In this document: piece after piece, positions 36,037 through 45,559 of the stretch
Numbering within the stretch: position 1 is the first letter of the stretch
How the letters are laid out: each line of letters begins with the position of its first letter
Source: a bacterium
GTDB taxonomy: Bacteria; Desulfobacterota; DSWW01
Direction: 5' to 3'
Assembly (NCBI GenBank): GCA_040756235.1
Contig: JBFLZG010000037.1
Location: 1-45,688 of the forward strand
Length of the DNA: 45,688 nt
Made by a program: the position numbers and the translations under genes
Notes under the pieces: model-generated
Database searches by the model: none
Told to the model about the DNA's origin: nothing
The model's input: the letters and a program-made list of their open reading frames with translations, nothing else

Positions 36037-38184
36037 TCATGCGAAAGAGAAGTCCGCGGCGAGCTGCCAGAACTCCTTGAACTCCCGGGCGAAGTCGGCG
36101 GACAGAGAAAACGACTCCCGGTACATTTCGCGTACGGCCGGGTGCAGTTCTCCCCGGAGGATCTTCTCCCGCTGCTGCCGCCAGTACTCCCGGGCCGGCA
36201 CCCCGCGCTCTTTCCGTGTCTGTCTCACGCACCGCCGCTTCTCGGCGGTTCCTGCCGGGTCCGCTTCCGTCGAGCCGGGCCGGATGGACACCCCGTAGAC
36301 GTCTTGCGCGGCCCGGGGCGTGGTCATGCCGTTCTCCAGATCCTGTAGCACGAGCGCCGGGTCCCGTTCAATGGGATCGCCATAGCCGCCCCCCGCCAGG
36401 TAGAAGTGCTGGAAGAGATCGTAGGCCGAGGCCCGGGACGCAAAGACCGCACCCTCCTTGACCTCGAAGCGGCCTGCCTTGACCAGGCGCTCCATGTCCG
36501 GGCACCCGGGGTCTCCCTCCTCGTGGGGCAGGGGCTTGCGGCCTTCGATGAGCTCTTTCACGTTGGTCTCTCGGGCCAGATAATTGTAGTTGCACATGGA
36601 CGGGTACCCGCCCATGATGCCCGACTGATCGAACACCCGGGTCACGTTGGCGAAGGTGATGATCTGGATGTCCCGAGTGTTATGGATCAGCCACACGGTG
36701 GAGAAGCCGTTCCCTCCTCGGAACTTGCCAAACCCTCCCGAGTCGGGGGTGGGCTTCCTTCCCAGATGGAGGACCGGCAGGATCAGCTCCCAGATCTCGG
36801 CATCGCCCATGTCGGACTCGGGGTTCCAGAGGGCATAGGCCGTGTCGAGCCCGTCCATCAGCCCCCGGGCGCCGGAGCCGCAGCAGACCAGCTCCGCGTT
36901 CCCGGTCCCGAAGGTGTTGCCGTACTGGTCCGTTCCGGTCCCGCCCTGGCCGTTCGTGTTCGCGCACCCGGCCAGGATCTCCTCCCGGTACCCCTTTGCA
37001 TAAAAAGACCTGGACAGGAGCCTGAGAAAGGTGCCGAAGGCGGGAAGAAGCGTGGTCCAGGCTGCGCCCGTGGCGGCGAAGATCGAGTCCGGGTTGAAGA
37101 GGGATCCTTTCGGCAGGTGGAGCCTGCAGGCCATCCAGGCGCCGTCGTTCACCTTGCCGTCATAGGCGAGGAACTGGGTGAGGGCGACGAACATGCCGCC
37201 GTCCATGGCGGCCGGGCTGCAGTTGTGGTTGTGCTGTCCCCACGGGGAGGCGCCGTCGAAGCTCAGGGAAAGGTCGCCGCCGGCCGTGACCCGCATCTCG
37301 AGGGGCATGTGCAGGAGGCTGTCCCTGGAGGCGTTCTCGGGTACGGGCTTCCCGCGGAGCAGGACGTCGTAGAACGCCACTCCCCTGTACGTGCCGGGAA
37401 AGAGGACGCTGCGGACCTTCTTCTTGAGACCGAGCCGAGATTCTTCGATCAGCTCGCGGGTCGCCGAACGGTAATAGTCCGCGCCGAAACGGTCCAGGAT
37501 CTCCTTGACGGAGTCGCGGATGATGCGGCAGCCGGCGATGCGGGCGCGCTCGTCCATGAGCCAGTAATTCGGGGAACGCGTATTTCGAAGGACCATCTGC
37601 TCGTAGTCGTAGCGCAGCCGGTCCTGCTCGGCGACCTTGAGGCAGCACAGGCTGATCCCCTCGTGGAAGCGGGTCGTCTGGGAAGGACCCATGCCCGCAG
37701 CGTCCACGGCGCCGACCTCGAGCACGTGGGTCACGCCGCCGGCCCACCCGACGAGCTCGCCTGCGTACCGGATCGGCGTGATCGTCATGATGTCGGGCAC
37801 GTGGACGCCCCCGATGAACGAGTCGTTGTTGGAGAAGTAGTCCCCTTCGTCGAAGCCGACCTTCTCCTCGTAGTCGTTGAGAATCATCCACTTGATGCAT
37901 CGGCTCATGGTGTGGACGTGGACCATGATGCCGGTCGACAGGACGATGGAGTCTCCCTCGGGAGTGTAGAGGGTGAAGCAGAGCTCGCCGATCTCGCGCA
38001 CCATGGGCGAAGCGGAGATGCGTTTGGCCGTCTCCCTCGCGCTCACCAGCGAGGAGAGCAGCCTGGAGTGGAAGATCTCGTAGCGGATCGGGTCGGCCTC
38101 CTTGCAGGCGAATCCGTCCGCGTACGAGCCCTTCTCGGCGAAATTCCGCTCGCGGGCGAGGAGTCGCTCCTTCAGATTTCCCAT
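36037..38184 (-). CDS. acxB: Acetone carboxylase-like alpha subunit (upstream set)
   Basis: ARETAKRISASP, GELCF, HVPDI, GGVTHV, GKFRGG, GGYGDP. Confidence 0.88.
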   Translation of the reverse strand: MGNLKERLLARERNFAEKGSYADGFACKEADPIRYEIFHSRLLSSLVSARETAKRISASPMVREIGELCFTLYTPEGDSIVLSTGIMVHVHTMSRCIKWMILNDYEEKVGFDEGDYFSNNDSFIGGVHVPDIMTITPIRYAGELVGWAGGVTHVLEVGAVDAAGMGPSQTTRFHEGISLCCLKVAEQDRLRYDYEQMVLRNTRSPNYWLMDERARIAGCRIIRDSVKEILDRFGADYYRSATRELIEESRLGLKKKVRSVLFPGTYRGVAFYDVLLRGKPVPENASRDSLLHMPLEMRVTAGGDLSLSFDGASPWGQHNHNCSPAAMDGGMFVALTQFLAYDGKVNDGAWMACRLHLPKGSLFNPDSIFAATGAAWTTLLPAFGTFLRLLSRSFYAKGYREEILAGCANTNGQGGTGTDQYGNTFGTGNAELVCCGSGARGLMDGLDTAYALWNPESDMGDAEIWELILPVLHLGRKPTPDSGGFGKFRGGNGFSTVWLIHNTRDIQIITFANVTRVFDQSGIMGGYPSMCNYNYLARETNVKELIEGRKPLPHEEGDPGCPDMERLVKAGRFEVKEGAVFASRASAYDLFQHFYLAGGGYGDPIERDPALVLQDLENGMTTPRAAQDVYGVSIRPGSTEADPAGTAEKRRCVRQTRKERGVPAREYWRQQREKILRGELHPAVREMYRESFSLSADFAREFKEFWQLAADFSFA

Positions 38185-38215
38185 GGCCCGTCTCCTTCCA
38201 GGGCGAGACCGCTCT

Positions 38216-40360
38216 TCATGCCCGCTTTAGCCACAGCGTCCGGTACTCGTCCATCCGCACCTGGTGGCCCGGGGGCACCACCAGGGTCGTGGTGGGGTGC
38301 TCGAGAAGCGCGGGGCCGTCGACTTCGTTTCCGGAAGCCAGCCGGTCCATCTCGTACACGCGCGTGTCGTGGAACGTGCCGTCGAAAAACGCCTGTCGCC
38401 GGCCCTTCGCGGCTTCGGGCACGGGCTTGGCCGACCCCAGCGGAAATCTCCTGAGGCTGGGCTTGAGCTTGGGGACGAAAACGCGCACGGCGACTTCCAG
38501 CACCAGGTAGCCGGCCTGAGGGTACTTGGCCGCACGGGCGTAGATCCGCTCGTAGAGCTCTTCGAAGGTCGAGATGAGGCCGTCGCAGGCAGCGGCGTTC
38601 TCGATCCGGCGAACGGGAGAGGTGACGATCAGATCGTCGAGTTGCCCGCGGTAGCGGATCATGGCGAGCTGCTGGAATCGTATCGCCTGTTCGGCGTAAC
38701 CCTCGCGCATCATGTTTTCTTTCCCGACGTCCTCGAGCCGCTGCCAGAGGGCGTTCAGGGACTGGCCGAACCCGAGCTTGGAAGCGTCGTCCGCCCCGGG
38801 CGGAAGGAACAGCGTGCACGACTGGTTGTACAGGTGCTCGTAGTTCGAAGTCGCGGCACCGAAGGCGGAGAAGACCGAAGAGAAAGGGAACACCATCACG
38901 CCCGCGAAGTCCAGCTCTTTCGTGTAGCCGGCCACGTGGGCGGGGCCCGCGCCTCCGTAAGCGAGCAGGTGGTAATCGTTCGTGTTGTAACCCTTGCCGT
39001 GGATCATGCCGAGAATCTGGCCGCGCATGCGGGTGTCGATGATCGACTTCACGCCCTCGGCCGCCTGCAGGAGGCCGATTCCCAGGCGCCGCGCGATCTT
39101 TTCTTCGAATTTCGCGGCCGCTCTCTCCTTGTCGAGGATCATCCTCCCGCCGAGGAAGTAATGCGGGTCGAGGTAGCCGAGGATGAGGTCCGCATCCGTG
39201 ATCGTGGGCGACTCTCCGCCCTGGCCGTAGCAGACCGGCCCCGGATACGCGCCGGCGCTTTCCGGGCCGATCTCGAGCCGCTCCATGAGCGGGTCGTACT
39301 TGATGAGGGTGCCGCCGCCGGCGCCGATCGAGTTGACCTCGATCATGGGAATGCCGAGGCGGAAGCGGGCGCAGTCCGGCTCCCGGTTGATGGCGATCAC
39401 GCCGCTCGACACCAGGCCCACGTCGAACGTCGTGCCTCCCACGTCCGTGGCCACGATGTTCTGAAAGCCGTAGATCTCCCCGATGTGCTTGGCTCCGAGA
39501 ATGCCTCCCACGGGACCGGACTCGATGGTCTCGACCATCCTGGCGTGACGCACGCTGGCGAGCCCGCCGTAGGAGAGCAGGATCTGGAGGTCGCCTCTCT
39601 TGAACCCGTATGCCTTGATGCGTTCGTCGATCTCGAGCAGCGGGGCACGGGAGGGAGCGCCGGCATAGGCTTCGATGATCGTGCTGTTGAGCCTCGGGAA
39701 CTCCCGCAGCACCGGGTTCACGTCGGAGCTGAGATAGACGGGCACGGATCTGTCGGTCTCTTCCATGATCCTGCGCGCAATGGAAGCGGCTTTGCGTTCG
39801 TTCTCGGGATTCTGGAAGGAGTACAGAAAACAGATGACCAGCCCTTCGATTCCGAGGCCGAGCAGCTCCCGGACCGCGTCCTCTGCCTCGTGCTCGTAGA
39901 GCGGAATGGGGATCTGACCGAACAGGTCCGTTCTCTCGGTGATGCCCCGGATCCGCTTCCGGGAAATGAGCGGCTGGTTGTGGATGTGGGTGACCGGGTG
40001 CAGCCGGTCGGGAAGAGAATACCCGGAGAAGGTCTGCCCTCCGCGCTCCATGAGCAGGGTGCTTTCGAAGCCTCTGGTGATGAGCAGCCCCAGCCGGGCG
40101 CCCTTGCGCTCGACCAGGGTGTTGATGACGGTGGTGGCGCCGTAGCCGATCACATGGAGCCGAGCGAAGGCGGCCTCCGGCTCCAGGCCGATCTTTCCGC
40201 AGGCGTCCCGGACCGAGTCGAAGTAGCCGGCGGCCACGTTCTCGGGAGTGGTGGGCGCTTTCCCCACGACGAAGTCGCCCTGCTCGTTCACGATGAACGT
40301 GTCGGTGAAGGTGCCGCCCGTGTCCGTGTAGCAGAGCTCGGGAAACCAGGTGCGGGCCAT
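38216..40360 (-). CDS. acxA: Acetone carboxylase-like beta subunit (upstream set)
   Basis: DTGGTFTD, ESGPVGG, TDVGGTTFD, YGGAGP; AGAGGGG RBS before MARTW. Confidence 0.88.
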   Translation of the reverse strand: MARTWFPELCYTDTGGTFTDTFIVNEQGDFVVGKAPTTPENVAAGYFDSVRDACGKIGLEPEAAFARLHVIGYGATTVINTLVERKGARLGLLITRGFESTLLMERGGQTFSGYSLPDRLHPVTHIHNQPLISRKRIRGITERTDLFGQIPIPLYEHEAEDAVRELLGLGIEGLVICFLYSFQNPENERKAASIARRIMEETDRSVPVYLSSDVNPVLREFPRLNSTIIEAYAGAPSRAPLLEIDERIKAYGFKRGDLQILLSYGGLASVRHARMVETIESGPVGGILGAKHIGEIYGFQNIVATDVGGTTFDVGLVSSGVIAINREPDCARFRLGIPMIEVNSIGAGGGTLIKYDPLMERLEIGPESAGAYPGPVCYGQGGESPTITDADLILGYLDPHYFLGGRMILDKERAAAKFEEKIARRLGIGLLQAAEGVKSIIDTRMRGQILGMIHGKGYNTNDYHLLAYGGAGPAHVAGYTKELDFAGVMVFPFSSVFSAFGAATSNYEHLYNQSCTLFLPPGADDASKLGFGQSLNALWQRLEDVGKENMMREGYAEQAIRFQQLAMIRYRGQLDDLIVTSPVRRIENAAACDGLISTFEELYERIYARAAKYPQAGYLVLEVAVRVFVPKLKPSLRRFPLGSAKPVPEAAKGRRQAFFDGTFHDTRVYEMDRLASGNEVDGPALLEHPTTTLVVPPGHQVRMDEYRTLWLKRA

Positions 40361-40395
40361 GGGAGTCCCCTCTTGCCGGACCTCGGGAGGCCGGA

Positions 40396-40872
40396 TCATC
40401 TCAGGGCATAAACGGAATAGCGGACCTCCGGAGGGTCGAGCGTGGTGTCCACTTCACCGATCCCGGCCCCTACGACCCGGTTTAGCCAGAGGTATTTCGG
40501 GTGGCCCGTCTCGAAGCGGGGCGTGGTGTGGACGGGCGCAATCATCGAAGGAAAGATTCCCGAAGCCAGTTGCGCGGTCTGCTCTTCGGTCAGGTCCACG
40601 ATTCCCGGGTAGTACGTGTGGATGAGGGCGCCGTCGTCGGTCTCGAGCAGGATGCGCACGTCCACGACGAAGGCGCCGTCGGGGCGGATGAGGAACCAGT
40701 CGGCTCCGAGATTCCTGGCCGTCCCGCGCATCCTCGGTCCCTGAAAGCTCCCTCCGGTCACGGGCGCGATCACGCGCGTCCCCCACCCCCCGTTCCCCAC
40801 GGGCAGGAGCTCGGCCAGGGGACAGACCGTGAACCATGCATCGAACAAGTGCTCGTTCTTCAGCTCCAGCAT
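40396..40872 (-). CDS. DUF3237 (UPF0311) family protein
   Basis: GTRVIAPVTGGSFQGP, GADW, DVRILLETDDGALI, PRFETGHPKYLWLN. Confidence 0.85.
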   Translation of the reverse strand: MLELKNEHLFDAWFTVCPLAELLPVGNGGWGTRVIAPVTGGSFQGPRMRGTARNLGADWFLIRPDGAFVVDVRILLETDDGALIHTYYPGIVDLTEEQTAQLASGIFPSMIAPVHTTPRFETGHPKYLWLNRVVGAGIGEVDTTLDPPEVRYSVYALR

Positions 40873-40896
40873 GGCTTTGCTCCTCGGCGGCGTGGG

Positions 40897-41793
40897 TTAC
40901 AGGCTCAGGATCTTTTCCTTGACCATGTGCTCCACGACCCGCTCCACGGACCGCTTGTCCTTGCACTCCCAGATCTTGCTTTCCTTCTTTTCCTGGAGGC
41001 CTCCGGCCATGATGCGCTGCAGCCGGGCCGCCGTGCTCATGCCGCCGACGGTCGAGCCGAGTGCGCTCCTCTTGGAAGGCTTGGGCGGAGTGATTCGCTC
41101 GAGACGGGTGAGAGAGCCGGAGGCGCCCGCCTGGCCGGCGTCGAGACCGAGGGCCGCCGGATCCAGAAAACGGACCGGAAGGGAGCGGGCCTTGCGCCGG
41201 TCGATGAACTTGGGGTAGCGGAGGACCGGCCCCTTCTCGACGGTCAAGAGCGCCGGCAGGGAGCAGGAGAGCTTGAGCGTGTGGCCCGGAACCCTCTTGC
41301 GCACGAGGAGCTCGCGGTTCCCCTGAGCGGGCAGGATCTCCCGGGCCGCGGTGACCTGAGGCAGGCCGAGCATCTCCGCGATCATGGGGCCCACCTGGCC
41401 GTGCTCGAGATCGGCCCTGCGCCATCCGGCCAGGATCAGATCGGCCGGCTCGCTGCGCAGGGCCGCGGCCAGGATGAAGGCGGTGGCGTAGGAATCGGAT
41501 TCGGCGAACGCCGGGTCCCAGATGCGCACGGCCTCGTCGGTTCCGACGGCGAGGCATTCGCGCAGGACCTTTTCCCATTCGGGCGGGCCCACGGTGACGG
41601 CGCGGATGCGGGTGCCCTGGATTCTTTCTCGCAGGCGCAGGGCGGCCTCCAGGGCAAAGGCGTCGGCAGGGTTCAGGATCCAGCGAAGAGAAGAAGCTCG
41701 AATGTTCTTCCCTCCGGGTTCGATCGCCACGGCGTTGAGGCAGTCGTGGACGGCGCTGACGAGGATGGTAATCCGAAGGCCTTCGCGCTTCAC
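40897..41793 (-). CDS. etfB: Electron transfer flavoprotein beta subunit (divergent)
   Basis: LNPADAFALEAAL, LAVGTDEA, DLILAG..GQVGPMIAEMLGLP, LPALLTV; GTGA overlap with etfA stop. Confidence 0.85.
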   Translation of the reverse strand: MKREGLRITILVSAVHDCLNAVAIEPGGKNIRASSLRWILNPADAFALEAALRLRERIQGTRIRAVTVGPPEWEKVLRECLAVGTDEAVRIWDPAFAESDSYATAFILAAALRSEPADLILAGWRRADLEHGQVGPMIAEMLGLPQVTAAREILPAQGNRELLVRKRVPGHTLKLSCSLPALLTVEKGPVLRYPKFIDRRKARSLPVRFLDPAALGLDAGQAGASGSLTRLERITPPKPSKRSALGSTVGGMSTAARLQRIMAGGLQEKKESKIWECKDKRSVERVVEHMVKEKILSL

Positions 41794-42803
41794 TGGAGCG
41801 ACTCCCGGGGCGCGGCCTGCGCCCTTGCCTGTTTGAAGCTTTCGATCATCGCGGGGAGGACTTGCCGGACGTCCCCCACGATGCCCAGGGTCGAGATGCG
41901 GAAGATGGGCGCGGTCGGGTCCGAGTTGATCGCGACGATCGTCTGTGCGGACTTCATGCCCATCACGTGCTGGACGGCGCCGGATATGCCGCAGGCGATG
42001 TAGAGCTCCGGAGAGACGAGCTTTCCGGTGACGCCGACCATGGACTCCCGGGGGCTCCACTTCGCGTCCACGGCCATGCGCGAGGCGCCGACCGTTCCTC
42101 CGAGGAGCTCGGCCAGCTCTGCCAGGAACCGGAAATTTTCGCCGCTCATCATCCCTTTGCCGCCGGCGACGATGACTTCGGCGTCGGTCAGGTCGACCTG
42201 AGAGGGAATCTCCTGAACCCGCTCGAGGACGCGGACCTGGCTCGACCGGAAGGAAAGGGGGCCGGACGAGCGATCCAGAGACCAGGAAGGGCCGGGGCCC
42301 GGCTTCTCGACGTCCATGACCTTCGGGGCAAGGATCACCATCTGCGGACCTGGAGACCGGGAGGTGGCGAGCATGGAGGCGTGCGGCCGATAGGCGGGAC
42401 GGGTCACCACGACCCGATCGCCCTGCGGATGGAGATAAGTGGCTTCCGTGACCAGGCTCCACCCGAGCCGGCCGGCCACTCGGGGCGCCACGTCCCGGGC
42501 AACGACCGAGCTGCCGAACAGGAACAGGTCGAGCCGCTCCTGGCGGAGGACCCGTGCGATGCAGCAAGCGAAGCCCTCGGTCGAGTACTCGGCGAGCGCC
42601 GCGTCCTCGACGACGCAAACGCGATCAGGTCCGTAGCTGCGCAACTCCTGCAGGGTTCGCTCGGTCACCTGAGGGCCGAGGACCAGCACCGTGGCGCGCC
42701 CTTTGACTTGTCGCGCCTGCCGCACGGCCTCCGAAAGCGCTTCGGCAGAGCTCCTGAGGATCTTCTCACCGGCAATTTCCACAAGCGTCCAGATCTCTTG
42801 CAT
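41790..42803 (-). CDS. etfA: Electron transfer flavoprotein alpha subunit
   Basis: AEVIVAGGKG, GASRMAVD, PELYIACGISGAVQH, AINSDPTAPIF. Confidence 0.9.
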   Translation of the reverse strand: MQEIWTLVEIAGEKILRSSAEALSEAVRQARQVKGRATVLVLGPQVTERTLQELRSYGPDRVCVVEDAALAEYSTEGFACCIARVLRQERLDLFLFGSSVVARDVAPRVAGRLGWSLVTEATYLHPQGDRVVVTRPAYRPHASMLATSRSPGPQMVILAPKVMDVEKPGPGPSWSLDRSSGPLSFRSSQVRVLERVQEIPSQVDLTDAEVIVAGGKGMMSGENFRFLAELAELLGGTVGASRMAVDAKWSPRESMVGVTGKLVSPELYIACGISGAVQHVMGMKSAQTIVAINSDPTAPIFRISTLGIVGDVRQVLPAMIESFKQARAQAAPRESLQ

Positions 42804-42939
42804 GGATGACCTGCTTGGTGCTTACCAGACGAATCACAAGTACGGTGACGTGTTCCGCGCCAAGCGCCATCCAAATGGAGGCGTGGCAAGCGACGGCCTG
42901 TAAGGGCCAGATGTCGCGAGCGAGCGGCGTGAGCACTCG

Positions 42940-43047
42940 GTAGGGTGGACAAAGCCGCAGGCGTGTCCACCAACCACGGCTGCAGATCGCGAGCGTGGCG
43001 ATCCCCGGGTAACCGGGAGGTTGCCGCGGACCTTCGGTCCTCGCAAT
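42940..43047. repeat. GTAG REP followed by a family C palindrome
   Basis: gtagggtggacaaagccgcaggcgtgtccacc (as at 14688/15054), then atcgcgag...ctcgcaat. Confidence 0.65.
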
Positions 43048-43226
43048 ATCCGGAATTTGCCGCCGGTCGCCAGTCGCTACGGAGCAAAACAAGCTCGCCG
43101 AATACGTCACCGAATTCGTGGACAGCAGCCCTTGATCAGCCCCTAGCTGCGTCTTGCCACTCTGGCGGGCCGCGTGAAATCCTGACCGGCGGCTTCGTGC
43201 CCGGCGTGCCCTTCCGAGCTCGACGC

Positions 43227-45212
43227 TCAGATATCCATGGCCGTCTTGTACCCTTCGTAGATGGCGTTGATGAGACGCCGGGACGCCACGCAGTCGCCGA
43301 CCTTGTAAAGCTCCTTCACCCTGCCCTTGAGCTCGCCGTAGAGCTTCTTGTCCGCCTTGCGCCAGTAAGAGAGGACGAGGGTGTCGGCATCCAGCTCCTG
43401 CTCCTGCTCGGTGAAGACGTTGCGGATGACGACCTTTCCGGGCCGCGCCTTCTTGACCTCGAAGTCGCTCACCCGCTTGACCCCCTTGGCCGTCAGGTTC
43501 ATGACCTGGATCACATGGGTCGGTCCGTCCATGTCGTAGGGGTTGTTCCCGAGGAGACGGAAGGGCAGGGGCATGATGACCGTGACTTCCTTCCCCTGGT
43601 CGGCAAGGACCTCCGCCGTGACGAGCCCCTTCATGTAGTTCTGCTGATCGGCGATGACTACCCGTCGGCCCGCTTGCACCTTGCCATCCAGCACATCCTC
43701 GGCGGTGACCACGTGGGCGCCCACTGCGATCTCGATGGCAGCATCTGGTCCTACCACGTCCGGGGCCGGTTTGTCGATGGTGGTGGCGCCGGTCGCGACG
43801 ATTACGGCATCCGGCTTTTCCTTTTCGACCAGCGCCAGGGTCACTTCCGTATCGAGCCGTACCTCCACACCGAGGCGCTCCAGCTCGTGCTTCATGAATC
43901 GAATCGTCTGGGCGGCCTCCTGGCGCGCAGGTGCCCGGCTCCAGATGAGGACCGCGCCGCCCAGCTCCCCGGTCTTCTCGCACAGGGTCACCCGGTGGCC
44001 TCTCTGCTTGGCCACGATGGCAGCCTCCATGCCCGCCACGCCTCCGCCGGCCACCAGGATCTTCTTGGGGCTCGGCGCCGGGGTGATTCGAAAGGTTCCT
44101 TCGCGGCCGGCCTCCGGGTTCTGCATACAGGTGATCGGATCGCGCTGGGTGATCCGCTCCCAGCAGCCTTCGTTGCAGGCCACGCACAGGCGGACGTCGT
44201 CCAGACGGCCCTCGCGAGCCTTATTGGGCATCTCGGGATCGCAGATGGTGGCCCGGGTCATGACGACCATGTCGGCTTCGTTGTTCTTGATGATCTCGTT
44301 GGCCGTGACCGGGTCGTTGATCCGGATGGCGGCGAAGACCGGGAGCTCGACCAGCTGCTTGATCTCCGCCGCGTAGAAGACGAAGGGGCGGGGCGGCACC
44401 ATCATGGGTGCGATGAGCGGGGCGAGGGACTTGTACGTGCCGATCGTCATGTTCAGATAATCGATCTGGCCGGTCCTGGCCCAGATGGGGGCTATCTCCT
44501 TCATGTCATCTAGGGTGAGCCCCTTGGGCACCATCTCGTCCGCGCTCGTCCGCAGACCCACCACGAAATCGGGACCCACGGCCTTGCGGACCGCGTCGAT
44601 CAGCTCCAGGCCGAAGCGCATCCGGTTCTCCAGGCTTCCTCCGTAGCGGTCCTTGCGTATGTTCTCGAACGGAGAGAGGAACTGCTGGGGCAGGTAGCCG
44701 TGACCGAAATGGAGCTCCACCCCATCGTAGCCTCCGGCCTGAAGCCGCAGACAGAAATCCGCGTACTGGCGGATGGCTTCGCGGATGTCCTCTTCATCCA
44801 TGGCTTCGGGGACCTCCCCGATCGCCGGGGAGGGTACGTCCGAGCAGGATTGGGCCTGCGTCCAGCTGAAGTACCCGCTGTTCTTGTTTCCGTTGTGCCA
44901 CGCCTGACAGAACATCTTGGCGCCGTGCGCGTGCACGGCATCGCTGATCTTCCGGAACCATGGAACCACCTCGTCCCGCCATCCTTGCACGACGTGGTGA
45001 ATGATCTGACCGTGAGGCGAGACGGCGACCGCCTCCATCACGATGAGGCCGATCCCTCCTTTGGCCCTGGCCTCGTAATAGCGGACGTGACGGTCCGAAG
45101 GGAGGCCGTGTTCGCCGTAGCCGGTCACGTGGCCCGACTGGAGGATGCGGTTCCGGACCGTGCACTTCTTGCCGAGCTGGATGGGGGAAAACAGGCTCGT
45201 GAGCTCTGCCAT
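43227..45212 (-). CDS. OYE-family Fe-S flavoenzyme (FMN, [4Fe-4S], dinucleotide domain; FadH/TMADH-like)
   Basis: RAKGGIG, ELHFGHGYL, RKDRYGGSLENR, CVACNEGC..C, GGGVAG, VGDC. Confidence 0.9.
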   Translation of the reverse strand: MAELTSLFSPIQLGKKCTVRNRILQSGHVTGYGEHGLPSDRHVRYYEARAKGGIGLIVMEAVAVSPHGQIIHHVVQGWRDEVVPWFRKISDAVHAHGAKMFCQAWHNGNKNSGYFSWTQAQSCSDVPSPAIGEVPEAMDEEDIREAIRQYADFCLRLQAGGYDGVELHFGHGYLPQQFLSPFENIRKDRYGGSLENRMRFGLELIDAVRKAVGPDFVVGLRTSADEMVPKGLTLDDMKEIAPIWARTGQIDYLNMTIGTYKSLAPLIAPMMVPPRPFVFYAAEIKQLVELPVFAAIRINDPVTANEIIKNNEADMVVMTRATICDPEMPNKAREGRLDDVRLCVACNEGCWERITQRDPITCMQNPEAGREGTFRITPAPSPKKILVAGGGVAGMEAAIVAKQRGHRVTLCEKTGELGGAVLIWSRAPARQEAAQTIRFMKHELERLGVEVRLDTEVTLALVEKEKPDAVIVATGATTIDKPAPDVVGPDAAIEIAVGAHVVTAEDVLDGKVQAGRRVVIADQQNYMKGLVTAEVLADQGKEVTVIMPLPFRLLGNNPYDMDGPTHVIQVMNLTAKGVKRVSDFEVKKARPGKVVIRNVFTEQEQELDADTLVLSYWRKADKKLYGELKGRVKELYKVGDCVASRRLINAIYEGYKTAMDI

Positions 45213-45507
45213 GGCTTGCCCTCCTGGGTGGCGGTTATCGGAGACCGGCGGTCAGACCGAAGCCCCCGGAACTCACTACGGACATGATGAAGGACGCAGC
45301 CGGCGATTCTCGGCGGCTGCGCCAAACGGAACAAAGTCAAAACAGCAGGCGCCAGGGCTCTTGACAGGGTGCTGGGGAGAAGATCTTTTGCGCCAACATA
45401 TCGCGTCCGGGACTCGATGAGAATCCCCGGAAAGGGGGTTTTTAGGCTAACCGTTACAGGGTAGAGGGCGGGGGGGCGGGCCGCGGGCGCCGGCGCGCAC
45501 TGCGCTG

Positions 45508-45536
45508 AAAGAAAAGGGGGCCCCGAAGGGCCCCCT
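45508..45536 (-). terminator. Rho-independent terminator
   Basis: On the - strand a 9-bp GC stem with a UUCG loop followed by a U-rich tail, just after the 45560 stop. Confidence 0.8.
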
Positions 45537-45559
45537 GGAACAACACGGCGTGGAGGCTT

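Noticed and set aside
758..44513. Many long antisense or alternative-frame ORFs (e.g. 758-2995, 9082-11652, 21244-23697, 32221-35676, 36406-38454, 38264-40411)
   Set aside because: Shadow ORFs typical of high-GC coding DNA; they overlap well-supported genes and show no recognisable motifs.
45213..45460. sigma54 promoter for the OYE-ETF-acx operon
   Set aside because: TGGCGC hexamers occur on the - strand but none has GC at the required GG-N10-GC spacing.
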